A DNA stretch of 64,000 nucleotides. Source: Antedon mediterranea (taxonomy: Eukaryota > Animalia > Echinodermata). The notes below the pieces were generated by a model that was not told the origin of the DNA, made no database searches, and saw only the letters and a program-made list of their open reading frames with translations. Location: positions 38,924,388-38,988,387 of the forward strand of contig NC_092670.1 in assembly GCF_964355755.1 (NCBI RefSeq). The letters run 5' to 3'. The position numbers and the translations under genes were made by a program. Of the stretch, positions 40,553 through 50,607 are shown in pieces; the stretch's first letter is position 1; each line of letters begins with the position of its first letter.

Positions 40553-41370
40553 CAGAGCCATATATTATAAAGAGTTACGACATTGGATTTAAGTCACGTG
40601 ATATGCAGATCAATTTGTGTCAAACTTGTCTCCGTTAATGCATGTAAAGTATAGGAGCAAGAAATTACTTTAAACTTTTTCTTATATAAAAAAAAATGTA
40701 ATTGCACATTTTACGGTGGAATATCGACGTGCACAGCGTACAGAACCACTTGCGCCAAAGAATATTGCGCGCGCGTACGCTAGTACATTATAAAGTTCGA
40801 TTGATTGATTTTGGAACGAAACATACCATAACTACGTCCCATTAATAACAATTATGTAATATTTTCAATTCATAATGCATGCTTTGATGACTAAATAAAA
40901 TAATAAAGTGTCGTGGATATATTTGTTAATATATTGAATAGGTATGAACAATATTAAAATAATAAAGGCAAATTATTACAAATGAAATGATGAACGAGTC
41001 TCTGAAAGTTTGTGTCAAAAACACACAGAGAGCCATATACTGTATAAAAAGAGGGGTGAATTTGTGTGTTTTTTGTATTGGTTCATGCTTTGATGTATCC
41101 TGACTTGCATGTAGGCCCTACCATTTATTCTTTTGTTATTATAGACACAATATATATATGTTACCAAATTAATACCATTAATAACATTATTTACTAAAAT
41201 AAAAACGGAATCTAAGCGTTATTTCATTGACAACAAAATCTAAAAATAATGCATGGAACTACAGGAAAACGCTATACAAAAGAGACGCGCGCGCCCTCAG
41301 CGTGCGAATTCTTTGACACAAAAATGGCTTCTAATTTTCAATGTCGTAACTCTTTATATATATGGCTCTG
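40553..41370. mobile_element. TIR element (CAGAGCCATATA..TAAAGAGTTACGACATTG ends), non-autonomous
   Basis: ~33-bp TIRs; TCCTGTCACG repeated on both sides with a 4-bp offset; related left end at ~48833-48990. Confidence 0.7.
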
Positions 41371-42639
41371 CTCCTCCTGTCACGAAAGTTAGTGCGCCCT
41401 CTATATCGACACTAAAATCGGGTTCCGTTTGCAGGTGTTTTACTGAGAGCTATTAAGTTATGTGTCGTCATCATTTATTGACAGCAATAAATATCTGGTA
41501 ATTATTATTCTATCTCTATAATGTGTATTATATAAGCATTTATTTAAACAATTTAAAAGAATATAAAATAAATTTTACTTAACCAGTGAAAACAGGAGCG
41601 TAAATTTCGTCCCAAAGACTATCTCTTTGGGACGAAATCCGAGAGATTTCAAGATATGATATTTCCGAGTCTAAATAATCTCTATCTATGGAACGCCTCC
41701 TCTGCCTTCAGTTCACAATGGTCATGCAGTACACACCAATCGTCATGCAGTACACACCAATGGTCATGCAGTACACACCAATGGTCATGCAGTACACACC
41801 AATGGTCATGCAGTACACACCAATCGTCGTTCACATTTATCATGCAGTACACACCAATGGTCATGCAGTACACACCAATCGTCATGCAGTACACACCAAT
41901 GGTCATGCAGTACACACCAATCGTCATGCAGTACACACCAAACATCATGCAGTACACACCAATCGTCATGCAGTACACACCAAACATCATGCAGTACACA
42001 CCAATGGTCATGCAGTACACACCAATTGTCATGCAGTACACACCAATCGTCATGCAGTACACACCAATCGTCATGCAGTGAAATATTGCGTAATTTATAC
42101 CGCCACCTATCGACAAAATCGAATATCACGTGACGTTTATTAGACGGCTGTAAAACTAGGCCATCGACTCTAAGATTTCTTTTATGTTTGACATACTGTA
42201 CTTATTTTAACCGCTACACATCTCTGTGAATGCTCTGTTTTTTTATATATACAATAATTTATTATGCGAGACACGGGCGCGGCTAGGAGGCCATTGCAAT
42301 TATTGAATTCCATAAAAGAAGTTTAAATAGTCTTAGTTTTACAGCCGTCTAATAAACCTCACGTGATATTCGATTTTGTCGATAGGTGGCGGTATAAATT
42401 ACGCAATATTTGACTGCATGACGATTGGTGTGTACTGCATGACGATTGGTGTGTACTGCATGATGTTTGGTGTGTACTGCATGACGATTGGTGTGTACTG
42501 CATGACGATTGGTGTGTACTGCATGATAAATGTGAACGACGATTGGTGTGTACTGCATGACAATTGGTGTGTACTGCATGACCATTGGTGTGTACTGCAT
42601 GACGATTGATGTGTACTGCATGACCATTGGTGTGTACTG

Positions 42640-42814
42640 TGTCGTGTATCGTCGTAGACAAATTAATAAGTACGTTGAGATGAGTATAATAATGAACGTA
42701 TTTAATGAAACCAACTAGTAGTCATGAGCAATAGTATAGAACGTTTTGTAGGCTAACCCTCGTCAGACCATATGCGCAGTACGCATATATATATGTGCGC
42801 GTGCATATACTACA
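42640..42814 (-). repeat. 3' LTR
   Basis: 175 bp, same sequence as 47209-47383, adjacent to the polypurine tract. Confidence 0.95.
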
Positions 42815-43057
42815 CTCCTCCTTTCTTATTTTAACGTTAACATTATATCAATAAGCACAATAAACTTTCGTTAATTATTTTGTTAATCAAATAGGTTAAT
42901 CATCGTGATTAAATTACTGCTTCTATAGTTCCAGATAGTTCTTATTTGGTTCCTCATAATAATTAACAAATGTGAGTAATTCTCACCATTATAATTTTGT
43001 GTAAAAACATGAACAACATAACTTTAACGTTCATAATAATAACATTGTTCACAAGTT

Positions 43058-44074
43058 CTATATCTCTTCGATAAGTCGTGTTGGCTTCCTTCGAAGTCGC
43101 GTGGAGCGTCGTGGAATAACCTCAGTCGATGAAGACAATCTATGTTCCTCTTCAACCGGTTGGTTGGTGGATGTTTGCTCTTTGTTCGCAATCGTTTCGC
43201 TCGCAATCGTTATTGGTACTGTCTGTTTAATCTTGTGTTCCAACTCGCTATGTGAAGTAGGGGTTTTACTCGCGTAAGCGTCCGCGTCTGTCGCTTTCAA
43301 CTGGTCAATGTGTCTTTTCCACACTCGGCCATCCTCAACACTAATTACGTATGATTTTGGAGCGGTACGTTCTATCACGGTACCTGGCCACCACTTTCCC
43401 TCTTGTCGGAAATCTTTCACTAATACCATTTCACCTGGGTAAAATTCTCGTAGATCTTTCGTTTTGTCGTGATGAAGCTTCTGATCACTCTGCTTGTTAA
43501 GTACCTTGTTTTCTGTACTGGGATGTAAAAGTGATACTCGCGTTCTTAACTCACGGCCCATGAATAACTTCGCTGGCGTTTGTCCCGTAGTTGCGTGTTT
43601 TGTTGTGCGATACGATAAAAGAAATCTGTCCAAACATTGTTGGAAATCCTTCCCATTAGCTCGGCTTGCCGCTAACGATCTTTTGAAAGATTGAACCATT
43701 CGTTCTGCTGCTCCGTTGCTTGCGGCGTGATAAGGTGCAACCTTTACATGTTTCACCCCGTTTTGCTTTAAGAAGAATTCAAATTCGTCGCTAACAAATT
43801 GAGGTCCATTATCGCTTACAAGTTGAACAGGCAATCCGTATCTACTGAACAACTCTCTCATCGCTTTGATGGTCGCTGCACTCGTCGTACTGTTCATCTG
43901 AACGACTTCTGGCCATTTCGAATATGAGTCAACCACTACTAGATAATCTCGTTTATCTTTCTGCGCATAGTCAATATGTATTCGTGTCCAAGGCTGATTT
44001 GGCCAGATCCAGGGCATCATTGGTGCTACGCTTGGTCCATTTTGTGTTTGGTGACATGCTTGACACTGCTTCAA
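43058..44074 (-). CDS. Retrotransposon integrase (out of frame with upstream pol)
   Basis: CQAC half of HHCC, RIHIDYA, VVVDSYSKWPEV, VSDNGPQF, SNGAAERMVQSFK (DDE core), C-terminal RRSTRLRRKP. Confidence 0.93.
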   Translation of the reverse strand: MKQCQACHQTQNGPSVAPMMPWIWPNQPWTRIHIDYAQKDKRDYLVVVDSYSKWPEVVQMNSTTSAATIKAMRELFSRYGLPVQLVSDNGPQFVSDEFEFFLKQNGVKHVKVAPYHAASNGAAERMVQSFKRSLAASRANGKDFQQCLDRFLLSYRTTKHATTGQTPAKLFMGRELRTRVSLLHPSTENKVLNKQSDQKLHHDKTKDLREFYPGEMVLVKDFRQEGKWWPGTVIERTAPKSYVISVEDGRVWKRHIDQLKATDADAYASKTPTSHSELEHKIKQTVPITIASETIANKEQTSTNQPVEEEHRLSSSTEVIPRRSTRLRRKPTRLIEEI

Positions 44075-47033
44075 TGTCGGAATCTATCTGGGGCCACCAG
44101 ACATGACTTCGCGCAATCTCTTTCATACGCACGATTCCGGGGTGAGCACAATGAAGCTCCTCCAGAACTGCCCCTCTGAGTTTCGGTGGAATCACTACCC
44201 TGTATCCCCACAGCAAACAGTCCTGTTCTACACTCAATTCGTCTCTTCGGTGTAGGAATGGTTTTAGATCGTCGTCGTTTTCTGACTGCCATAAACCTGT
44301 CTGTACCATGTATAACACTTTGCTCAATAGCGGGTCTTTCCTGGTATGCTGTTGTACGTTCGTACTCGTGACTGGCAAATTGTCTAATGTATGCCCCGCT
44401 ATGTTATATACTGCATCGTCTTCCCGTCCTTCGTATGGCATTGGGAGACGTGAGAGTGCGTCGGCAATTACGTTCTGTTTTCCAGGAATGAACTTTAAAT
44501 CGTATTCGAACGCTGACAGTACGATTGCCCATCGCTGTAATCTCTGTGCGGCCAGTGTCGGAATAGCTGATTTAGGTCCTAGAATGCGTTCAAGTGGCTT
44601 ATGATCAGTTCTTATCGTGAATTTCCGTCCGTATAAGTATGTTCTAAACCTTTGAAGTCCAAACATGATGCTTAGGGCTTCCTTGTCTAGTTGTGCATAA
44701 CCCTTTTCGTGTTTATGCAGGCTTCGCGATGCGTACGCGATCGGTGTTTTGATATTGTTCTCGTTTACGTGGCAAATGACTGCGCCAACTCCGTATGGTG
44801 ATGCGTCCGTGTATAGTTCCAGTGGTTTTAATGGGTCATAATGCGTCAACATCATGTCTTCGCTAATAATTCGCTTTACCGCGTTAAACGCTTTACTACA
44901 GTCGACAGTCCATGACCATGGTTTGCTTCCCAACAGCTCATTCAAAGGATGTATCATCGTCGATAATCGTGGAATAAATGACGCGTGATAGTTAACTAGT
45001 CCTAGCCAGGATCTTAGTTCTGTTGCATTCTGTGGTGCTCGTGCATCCTTGATGGCTTTCACTTTATCGTTTGTCGGTTGAATTCCTGCTGCTGATAGCT
45101 TACGTCCCATGTAGACTACTTCCTTTTGTACAAACGCGCATTTCTCAGCTTTCACTCTGAGACCATACTTGTTAAATCTCTCAAATAGTTTCTCAAGATT
45201 ACTAATATGCTCTTTATCAGACGCACCTGTAACAAGAACATCGTCCATGATCGCACATGTTCCTTTAAGTCCTGCTATCACCTGTTCTATGAATCGCTGC
45301 CATATGGCTGGACTGGACGAAATACCAAACGGTAACCTCGTGTATCGATATAATCCGCGGTGCGTGTTGATCGTTACCAACTCTTGCGCCTCGTCTTCCA
45401 GTACTAACTGCTGGTACGCACATTTCAAATCAATCTTAGAGAATCGCTTTCCACCTCCCAACTTGGTGAAAACTTCCTCTGGGGTCGGAATTGGATATTG
45501 GTCGCAATTTAAACTCGGGTTGACTGTTACTTTATAATCTCCGCAGACACGTACCCTGCCATCGGCCTTTGGAATACATACCAATGGGGTTGCCCACTGA
45601 CTAAAGTCTACCGGATAAATAACTCCTTCGTTTTGCATTCTGTCTAACTCTACCTCAACTGCGGAGCGTAGCGCAAATGGAACATTTCGAGCTTTGCAGA
45701 ATTTTGGGATTGCGTTCACTTTTAGATGTAATGTCGCTTTGTGTCCCTGAACCGTACCTAATTCCGTTCGGAAAACTTCTGGGAACTTCCGTTTGAATGA
45801 CTGACCGACATCGTTATCTATTTCTACCGAATTCTGAGCAAGCGATGGTGGAAATAATGACTTCCAGTCCAACTTAATCACTTCTAACCAGGTTCTTCCA
45901 AGCAAGGTTGGTGAGTTTCGTCGCTGTGTTCTCACTACTATCAGTGGGAGAACGTTACTCTGGCCCCTATAGTTCACGGTGACTTTAATTTCTCCTGCTA
46001 TATCGAGCTTAGTACCTGTGTATGCGTGAAGTGTACGTTTTACTGACTTTAATGGTAGATGGCTAAGCTTGCTTTCGTAATCGTCAAAGCTAATTATCGA
46101 TACTGCTGCGCCCGTATCTACTTCAAAATCAATATCTATATCATCAACTCGCATCTGTACCGTTATTGGTGGTACCGAATTGTCCTGCTTAATGCCTACG
46201 CAAAACATTGTATCTACAAAATCGTCATTACCTTCGTCGTAATCCGGTGCTTCTACTTGCTTGATGGATTTAGGTTTATATTGTTTTGTTGATTTACTCG
46301 ACTGCCTGCATTCTGATTTTAGGTGTCCTTGTTTGTTGCATTTAAAGCATGTAGCGTTTTTGTATTTACACGTATCTCTTGTATGATTGTTCATACCACA
46401 GCGGTCACATTTCTGCGTTCGTGTTTGTTTTGACGCTTGATACGTTTTCGTAGACTTCCTGCTGTTAGACGTAACGTGGTTGATTGGCTTGTCCACATCG
46501 TGCGACATACTTTTCATATTCGCTGTTGCTGCCTCCGAGGCTATGGCTATGTCTGTTGCTTCCTTGAACGTATGGTTCTTTGTCAATAATTTCTTTTGGA
46601 TGCTCTGACTTATTAGTCCACATACGAACTGATCACGCAGTGCGTTTTCCAATGCCTCTCCTTCAAAACCACAATGTATCGCCTTTTTCTTTAGATGGGA
46701 TACAAATTGAGAAATAGTCTGTCCCGGTGTCTGTTTTACATTTCTGAATATAAATCGTTCAGAAATCGTTATTCGAGTAGGTTTGTAATGCTCTTTGAGC
46801 TTGGTTGTGAGCGTATCGTACGATTTTGTACTTGGTTTATCAGGAAAACACAAATCTCGTATCGTTGTGTATCCAGTCTCTCCTAAACTACTCAATAATA
46901 TCGCTCTTTTCTTACCTCCGTCATTGATATCTAATGCCACAAAATATTGTTCCAGCCTGTCCACATACGTATCTATGTCTCCATCCTGGACGTTGAATTC
47001 CTCGAATAGAATTCTGGTATTAGCCGCTGCCAT
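43971..47033 (-). CDS. Gag-protease-RT-RNaseH polyprotein (frameshifted at start of integrase)
   Basis: Two CCHC knuckles (CDRCGMNNHTRDTC, CFKCNKQGHLKSEC), VDTGA protease, RT RLPFGISSSPAIWQ...IMDD, RNaseH TDASPYGVGAV...TDHKPL, LHCAHPG. Confidence 0.95.
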   Translation of the reverse strand: MAAANTRILFEEFNVQDGDIDTYVDRLEQYFVALDINDGGKKRAILLSSLGETGYTTIRDLCFPDKPSTKSYDTLTTKLKEHYKPTRITISERFIFRNVKQTPGQTISQFVSHLKKKAIHCGFEGEALENALRDQFVCGLISQSIQKKLLTKNHTFKEATDIAIASEAATANMKSMSHDVDKPINHVTSNSRKSTKTYQASKQTRTQKCDRCGMNNHTRDTCKYKNATCFKCNKQGHLKSECRQSSKSTKQYKPKSIKQVEAPDYDEGNDDFVDTMFCVGIKQDNSVPPITVQMRVDDIDIDFEVDTGAAVSIISFDDYESKLSHLPLKSVKRTLHAYTGTKLDIAGEIKVTVNYRGQSNVLPLIVVRTQRRNSPTLLGRTWLEVIKLDWKSLFPPSLAQNSVEIDNDVGQSFKRKFPEVFRTELGTVQGHKATLHLKVNAIPKFCKARNVPFALRSAVEVELDRMQNEGVIYPVDFSQWATPLVCIPKADGRVRVCGDYKVTVNPSLNCDQYPIPTPEEVFTKLGGGKRFSKIDLKCAYQQLVLEDEAQELVTINTHRGLYRYTRLPFGISSSPAIWQRFIEQVIAGLKGTCAIMDDVLVTGASDKEHISNLEKLFERFNKYGLRVKAEKCAFVQKEVVYMGRKLSAAGIQPTNDKVKAIKDARAPQNATELRSWLGLVNYHASFIPRLSTMIHPLNELLGSKPWSWTVDCSKAFNAVKRIISEDMMLTHYDPLKPLELYTDASPYGVGAVICHVNENNIKTPIAYASRSLHKHEKGYAQLDKEALSIMFGLQRFRTYLYGRKFTIRTDHKPLERILGPKSAIPTLAAQRLQRWAIVLSAFEYDLKFIPGKQNVIADALSRLPMPYEGREDDAVYNIAGHTLDNLPVTSTNVQQHTRKDPLLSKVLYMVQTGLWQSENDDDLKPFLHRRDELSVEQDCLLWGYRVVIPPKLRGAVLEELHCAHPGIVRMKEIARSHVWWPQIDSDIEAVSSMSPNTKWTKRSTNDALDLAKSALDTNTY

Positions 47034-47194
47034 TACCGCGCTTCGCTCTGTACGTTCAGGGCGCTCAGAATCGTTATTAGCCTGTGCGGTTCCTTGGTTA
47101 CGGTTGCCGTTGTTGGAAAATCAAAAACTGCTAGCCTAGGCCTAGTTTTATAATATTATTATACTTCCGTTTCTCTCTATGTAAATGTGCCTGT

Positions 47195-47207
47195 ATCCTC
47201 GTCGCCA
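47195..47207 (-). promoter_or_regulatory. Primer-binding site, probably tRNA-Ser(GCU)
   Basis: TGGCGACGAGGAT 1 nt downstream of the 5' LTR; complementary to the recalled ...ATCCTCGTCG-CCA 3' end of metazoan tRNA-Ser(GCU). Confidence 0.75.
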
Positions 47208-47208
47208 G

Positions 47209-47383
47209 TGTCGTGTATCGTCGTAGACAAATTAATAAGTACGTTGAGATGAGTATAATAATGAACGTATTTAATGAAACCAACTAGTAGTCATGAGCAA
47301 TAGTATAGAACGTTTTGTAGGCTAACCCTCGTCAGACCATATGCGCAGTACGCATATATATATGTGCGCGTGCATATACTACA
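47209..47383 (-). repeat. 5' LTR
   Basis: 175 bp, same sequence as 42640-42814, followed by the PBS. Confidence 0.95.
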
Positions 47384-47403
47384 TCTACACACCAATCACA
47401 CGA

Positions 47404-47569
47404 TTGTGAGCGTATCGTACGATTTTGTACTTGGTTTATCAGGAAAACACAAATCTCGTATCGTTGTGTATCCAGTCTCTCCTAAACTACTCAATAATAT
47501 CGCTCTTTTCTTACCTCCGTCATTGATATCTAATGCCACAAAATATTGTTCCAGCCTGTCCACATACGT
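47404..47569 (-). other. 166-bp exact duplicate of gag segment 46805-46970, outside the LTR
   Basis: ttgtgagcgtatcg...ccacatacgt reads identically at both positions. Confidence 0.92.
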
Positions 47570-47659
47570 CGATTGGTGTGTACTGCATGATAAATGTGAA
47601 CTGAAGGCAGAGGAGGCGTTCCATATCTATCTACCTAATAAATACGGTAGGTAGATTTG

Positions 47660-48743
47660 TATGGAACGCCTCCTCTGCCTTCAGTTCACATTTATTATGC
47701 AGTACACACCAATCGTCATGCAGTACACACCAATCGTCATGCAGTACACACCAATGGTCATGCAGTACACACCAATCGTCATGCAGTACACACCAATCGT
47801 CATGCAGTACACACCAATCGTCATGCAGTACACACCAAACATCATGCAGTACACACCAATCGTCATGCAGTACACACCAATCGTCATGCAGTACACACCA
47901 ATGGTCATGCAGTACACACCAATTGTCATGCAGTACACACCAATCGTCATGCAGTACACACCAAACATTATGCAGTACACACCAATTGTCATGCAGTACA
48001 CACCAATCGTCATGCAGTACACACCAATCGTCATGCAGTCAAATATTGCGTAATTTATACCGCCACCTATCGCCAAAATCGAATATCACGTGAGGTTTAT
48101 TAGACGGCTGTAAAACTAAGACTATTTAAACTTCTTTTATGGAATTCAATAATTGCAATGACCTCCTAGCCGCGCCTGTGTCTCGCATAATAAATTATTG
48201 TATATATAAAAAACAGAGCATTCACAGAGATGTGTAGCGGTTAAAATAAGTACAGTATGTCAAACATAAAAGAAATCTTAGAGACGATGGCCTAGTTTTA
48301 CAGCCGTCTAATAAACGTCACGTGATATTCGATTTTGTCGATAGGTGGCGGTATAAATTACGCAATATTTCACTGCATGACGATTGGTGTGTACTGCATG
48401 ACGATTGGTGTGTACTGCATGACAATTGGTGTGTACTGCATGACCATTGGTGTGTACTGCATGATGTTTGGTGTGTACTGCATGACGATTGGTGTGTACT
48501 GCATGATGTTTGGTGTGTACTGCATAACGATTGGTGTGTACTGCATGACCATTGGTGTGTACTGCATGACCATTGGTGTGTACTGCATGATAAATGTGAA
48601 CGACGATTGGTGTGTACTGCATGACCATTGGTGTGTACTGCATGACCATTGGTGTGTACTGCATGACCATTGGTGTGTACTGCATGACGATTGGTGTGTA
48701 CTGCATGACCATTGTGAACTGAAGGCAGAGGAGGCGTTCCATA
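47660..48743 (-). mobile_element. Foldback non-autonomous DNA transposon copy 2 (IS3EU-like), intact 1084 bp, inverted relative to copy 1
   Basis: Same TATGG...CCATA ends; 6-bp TSD GATTTG (47654-47659 and 48744-48749); spacer is the reverse complement of the copy 1 spacer with a few differences. Confidence 0.9.
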
Positions 48744-49279
48744 GATTTGGTTTTGAACCGAGGGCTTCAGTTTCACACGTTGAACAATTTAGAACCGGTT
48801 TACAGAAAACTGCTGGCATAACAGGTCCTATTCAAAGCCATATACTATAAAGAGTTACGACATTGTGTTAAAGTCATGTGATCCACACTCCGGCAAATTG
48901 TGTCAACATTGTCTGCATTAATGCATGTAAAGTATAGGAGCAACAAACTATTTTCAACGTTTTCTTATATTTTTGACGGTGAATTATCGATGTGTAAAGA
49001 GTATACAAGTCCTATGTCTATGCTAGCGCCCCCTATAATTCTTCATATAATGCATTATTCATATTACTGTATGTGCTCCCTGAAAATGCTTTCCTGCCAT
49101 CGAGGTATTAGATTGGCTTTATATTATCGCTATAGTCTCTGGTAACTTCTGGGTCATCCGCCCTCTACCTTGATTAGTGTAGTCGTAAACAACTGAGCAT
49201 GTATTATTAGTATTCGGCGGTCAATATTATAAACAATAGTGGAACCGTAATTAGGTCCGCGCCTACCTTGTCATAACAT

Positions 49280-49372
49280 CGGCAAGGGTTCACTCGCTCC
49301 TTGTTTCTGGTGGTAAAACGAGTCTTCTCGGATTTTCAATATCGACTATAAACCGTAGGTCGAGTGTACACG
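49280..49372 (+). mobile_element. Fragment of the Deu/Nin-like SINE
   Basis: ttctggtggtaaaacgagtcttctcgga...gactataaaccgtaggtc matches the reverse complement of ~7745-7810. Confidence 0.65.
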
Positions 49373-49495
49373 TTCCCATTATTAACCGCATTTTTTAACA
49401 TTTACTTGTATTTATGTTTAGTTGTTATACTTGTTTAGTTAGTTATGTTGTAGTAGTCTCTTCGCAAGCCATGAAATATACCGCGGGCCAATTCA

Positions 49496-49678
49496 ACCCG
49501 CGGGCGCCGCAATGTCCTGAGAGAACCCTGCGCTAACGAGTTGAAATGACACTCCGATACCCGCGGGCGCCGCAATGTCCTGAGAGAACCCTGCGCTAAC
49601 GAGTTGAAATGACACTCCGATACCCGCGGGCGCCGCAATGTCCTGAGAGAACCCTGCGCTAACGAGTTGAAATGACAC
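49496..49678. repeat. GC-rich 63-bp tandem repeat, 3 near-identical copies
   Basis: acccgcgggcgccgcaatgtcctgagagaaccctgcgctaacgagttgaaatgacac at 49496, 49559 and 49622. Confidence 0.92.
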
Positions 49679-50265
49679 CCTGATATTCAATCTCAATGGC
49701 TAACTTTCTTAATGAATGGCATACAATCTTAGAACCTACTCTGGGATATTTACAAAATCTCATATCTTTATTTAGGTCGATTCATTAAAAGATGAAATAC
49801 ATACTTTGGAACTATTTAATCTTAACGTTTAATCTTAGAAATTACCCTGTCAGAGAATCGTACTATATTTGATTTATCTCCAATAAAACTTTTTTTTTCC
49901 ATTTCTTATTTCGTTGTGTTTGTTAGTAATAATTATAGTATAGTAAATGTTACCTCCGGGGCTTCCAGTAGAGATTAGTAAACGCAATACAGATTATGAG
50001 AATTCTAATGATCGTCTTATTTCAAGCCGATTCGCTCAGTTGAACGACTGGGCTAATGATTCCTGATATTTACATAATATCTACAGGCAATTTTTTTTAT
50101 ATCAAAATTCTTTAATATTAAGTCCAAATCAATAGTGTTTTCAATTTAAAAAATTTGAATTCACTAGAAAATTATTACTTTTTTGTTGAACCAATTAATA
50201 ATAGTTTTCCAGTTAATTATATTCGGAATTTGTTTTTGTGATTATATTCAATATTATTATTATAT

Positions 50266-50607
50266 CAAAGAACTTATAACACAAGAATCTCCTGTTCTTC
50301 AATTTGCATTCAAAACACAGTATCGGAAGTACAGGGTTAAAAGGTCAAACTGGGCGACGCCATTTCAAAGCATGGAGCAGCGCCCCCTCCAAACTAGGAA
50401 GTCAATTACTCTACCCCCCCCCCCCCCCCACCCCTAGAGTAGGCTATTAGCAGATCCCTCTATGATTTTGACTTTCTAATTTGATGCGGGCGCCCAACTC
50501 CATGGCTCACAATGGCGCCACCCATAGCTCTATTCTATCCCACAATGCCTTTCGAAATTGTTACGCGCTTCGGACGAACAGGAGATTCTTGTGTTATAAG
50601 TTCTTTG
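50266..50607. mobile_element. P-superfamily-like MITE, 342 bp
   Basis: Perfect 32-bp TIR CAAAGAACTTATAACACAAGAATCTCCTGTTC; 7-bp TSD ATTATAT on both sides. Confidence 0.85.

Larger units (their letters stand above)
42640..47383 (-). mobile_element. Full-length Ty3/Gypsy LTR retrotransposon (Mag/K02A2.6-like)
   Basis: Identical 175-bp TG...CA LTRs; PBS TGGCGACGAGGAT (47195-47207); PPT AAGAAAGGAGGAG (42815-42827); gag-PR-RT-RH-IN order. Confidence 0.97.
41687..47625 (+). mobile_element. Foldback non-autonomous DNA transposon copy 1 (IS3EU-like), interrupted by the LTR element
   Basis: Ends TATGGAACGCCTCCTCTGCCTTCAGTTCACA...TGTGAACTGAAGGCAGAGGAGGCGTTCCATA; 6-bp TSD TCTATC (41681-41686 and 47626-47631); arms of 21-bp CATGCAGTACACACCAATCGT repeats plus ~85-bp inner IR around a ~175-bp spacer. 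Confidence 0.85.

Noticed and set aside
41605-41638. Small hairpin atttcgtcccaaaga-ctatc-tctttgggacgaaat next to the foldback element
   Set aside because: A real palindrome, but outside the TSD and without a TSD or second copy in the window; cannot be assigned.
45238-45255. RT active site IMDD instead of YxDD as an inactivating change
   Set aside because: Both aspartates are intact and I recall non-Tyr variants in Mag-like elements; not evidence of decay.
41720-48712. CRISPR-like array
   Set aside because: Units are contiguous with no unique spacers (apart from the single gag insert), there are no cas genes, and the context is eukaryotic.
41656-48850. Many ORFs of MQYTPIV / HAVHTNR / CMTIGVY repeats
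   Set aside because: Artefacts of a 21-bp stop-free tandem repeat read in several frames on both strands; no coding evidence.
49515-49555. Hammerhead-ribozyme-like CTGAGAGA...GAAA in the 63-bp repeat
   Set aside because: The core does not fit CUGANGA and stem II pairs for only about 3 bp.
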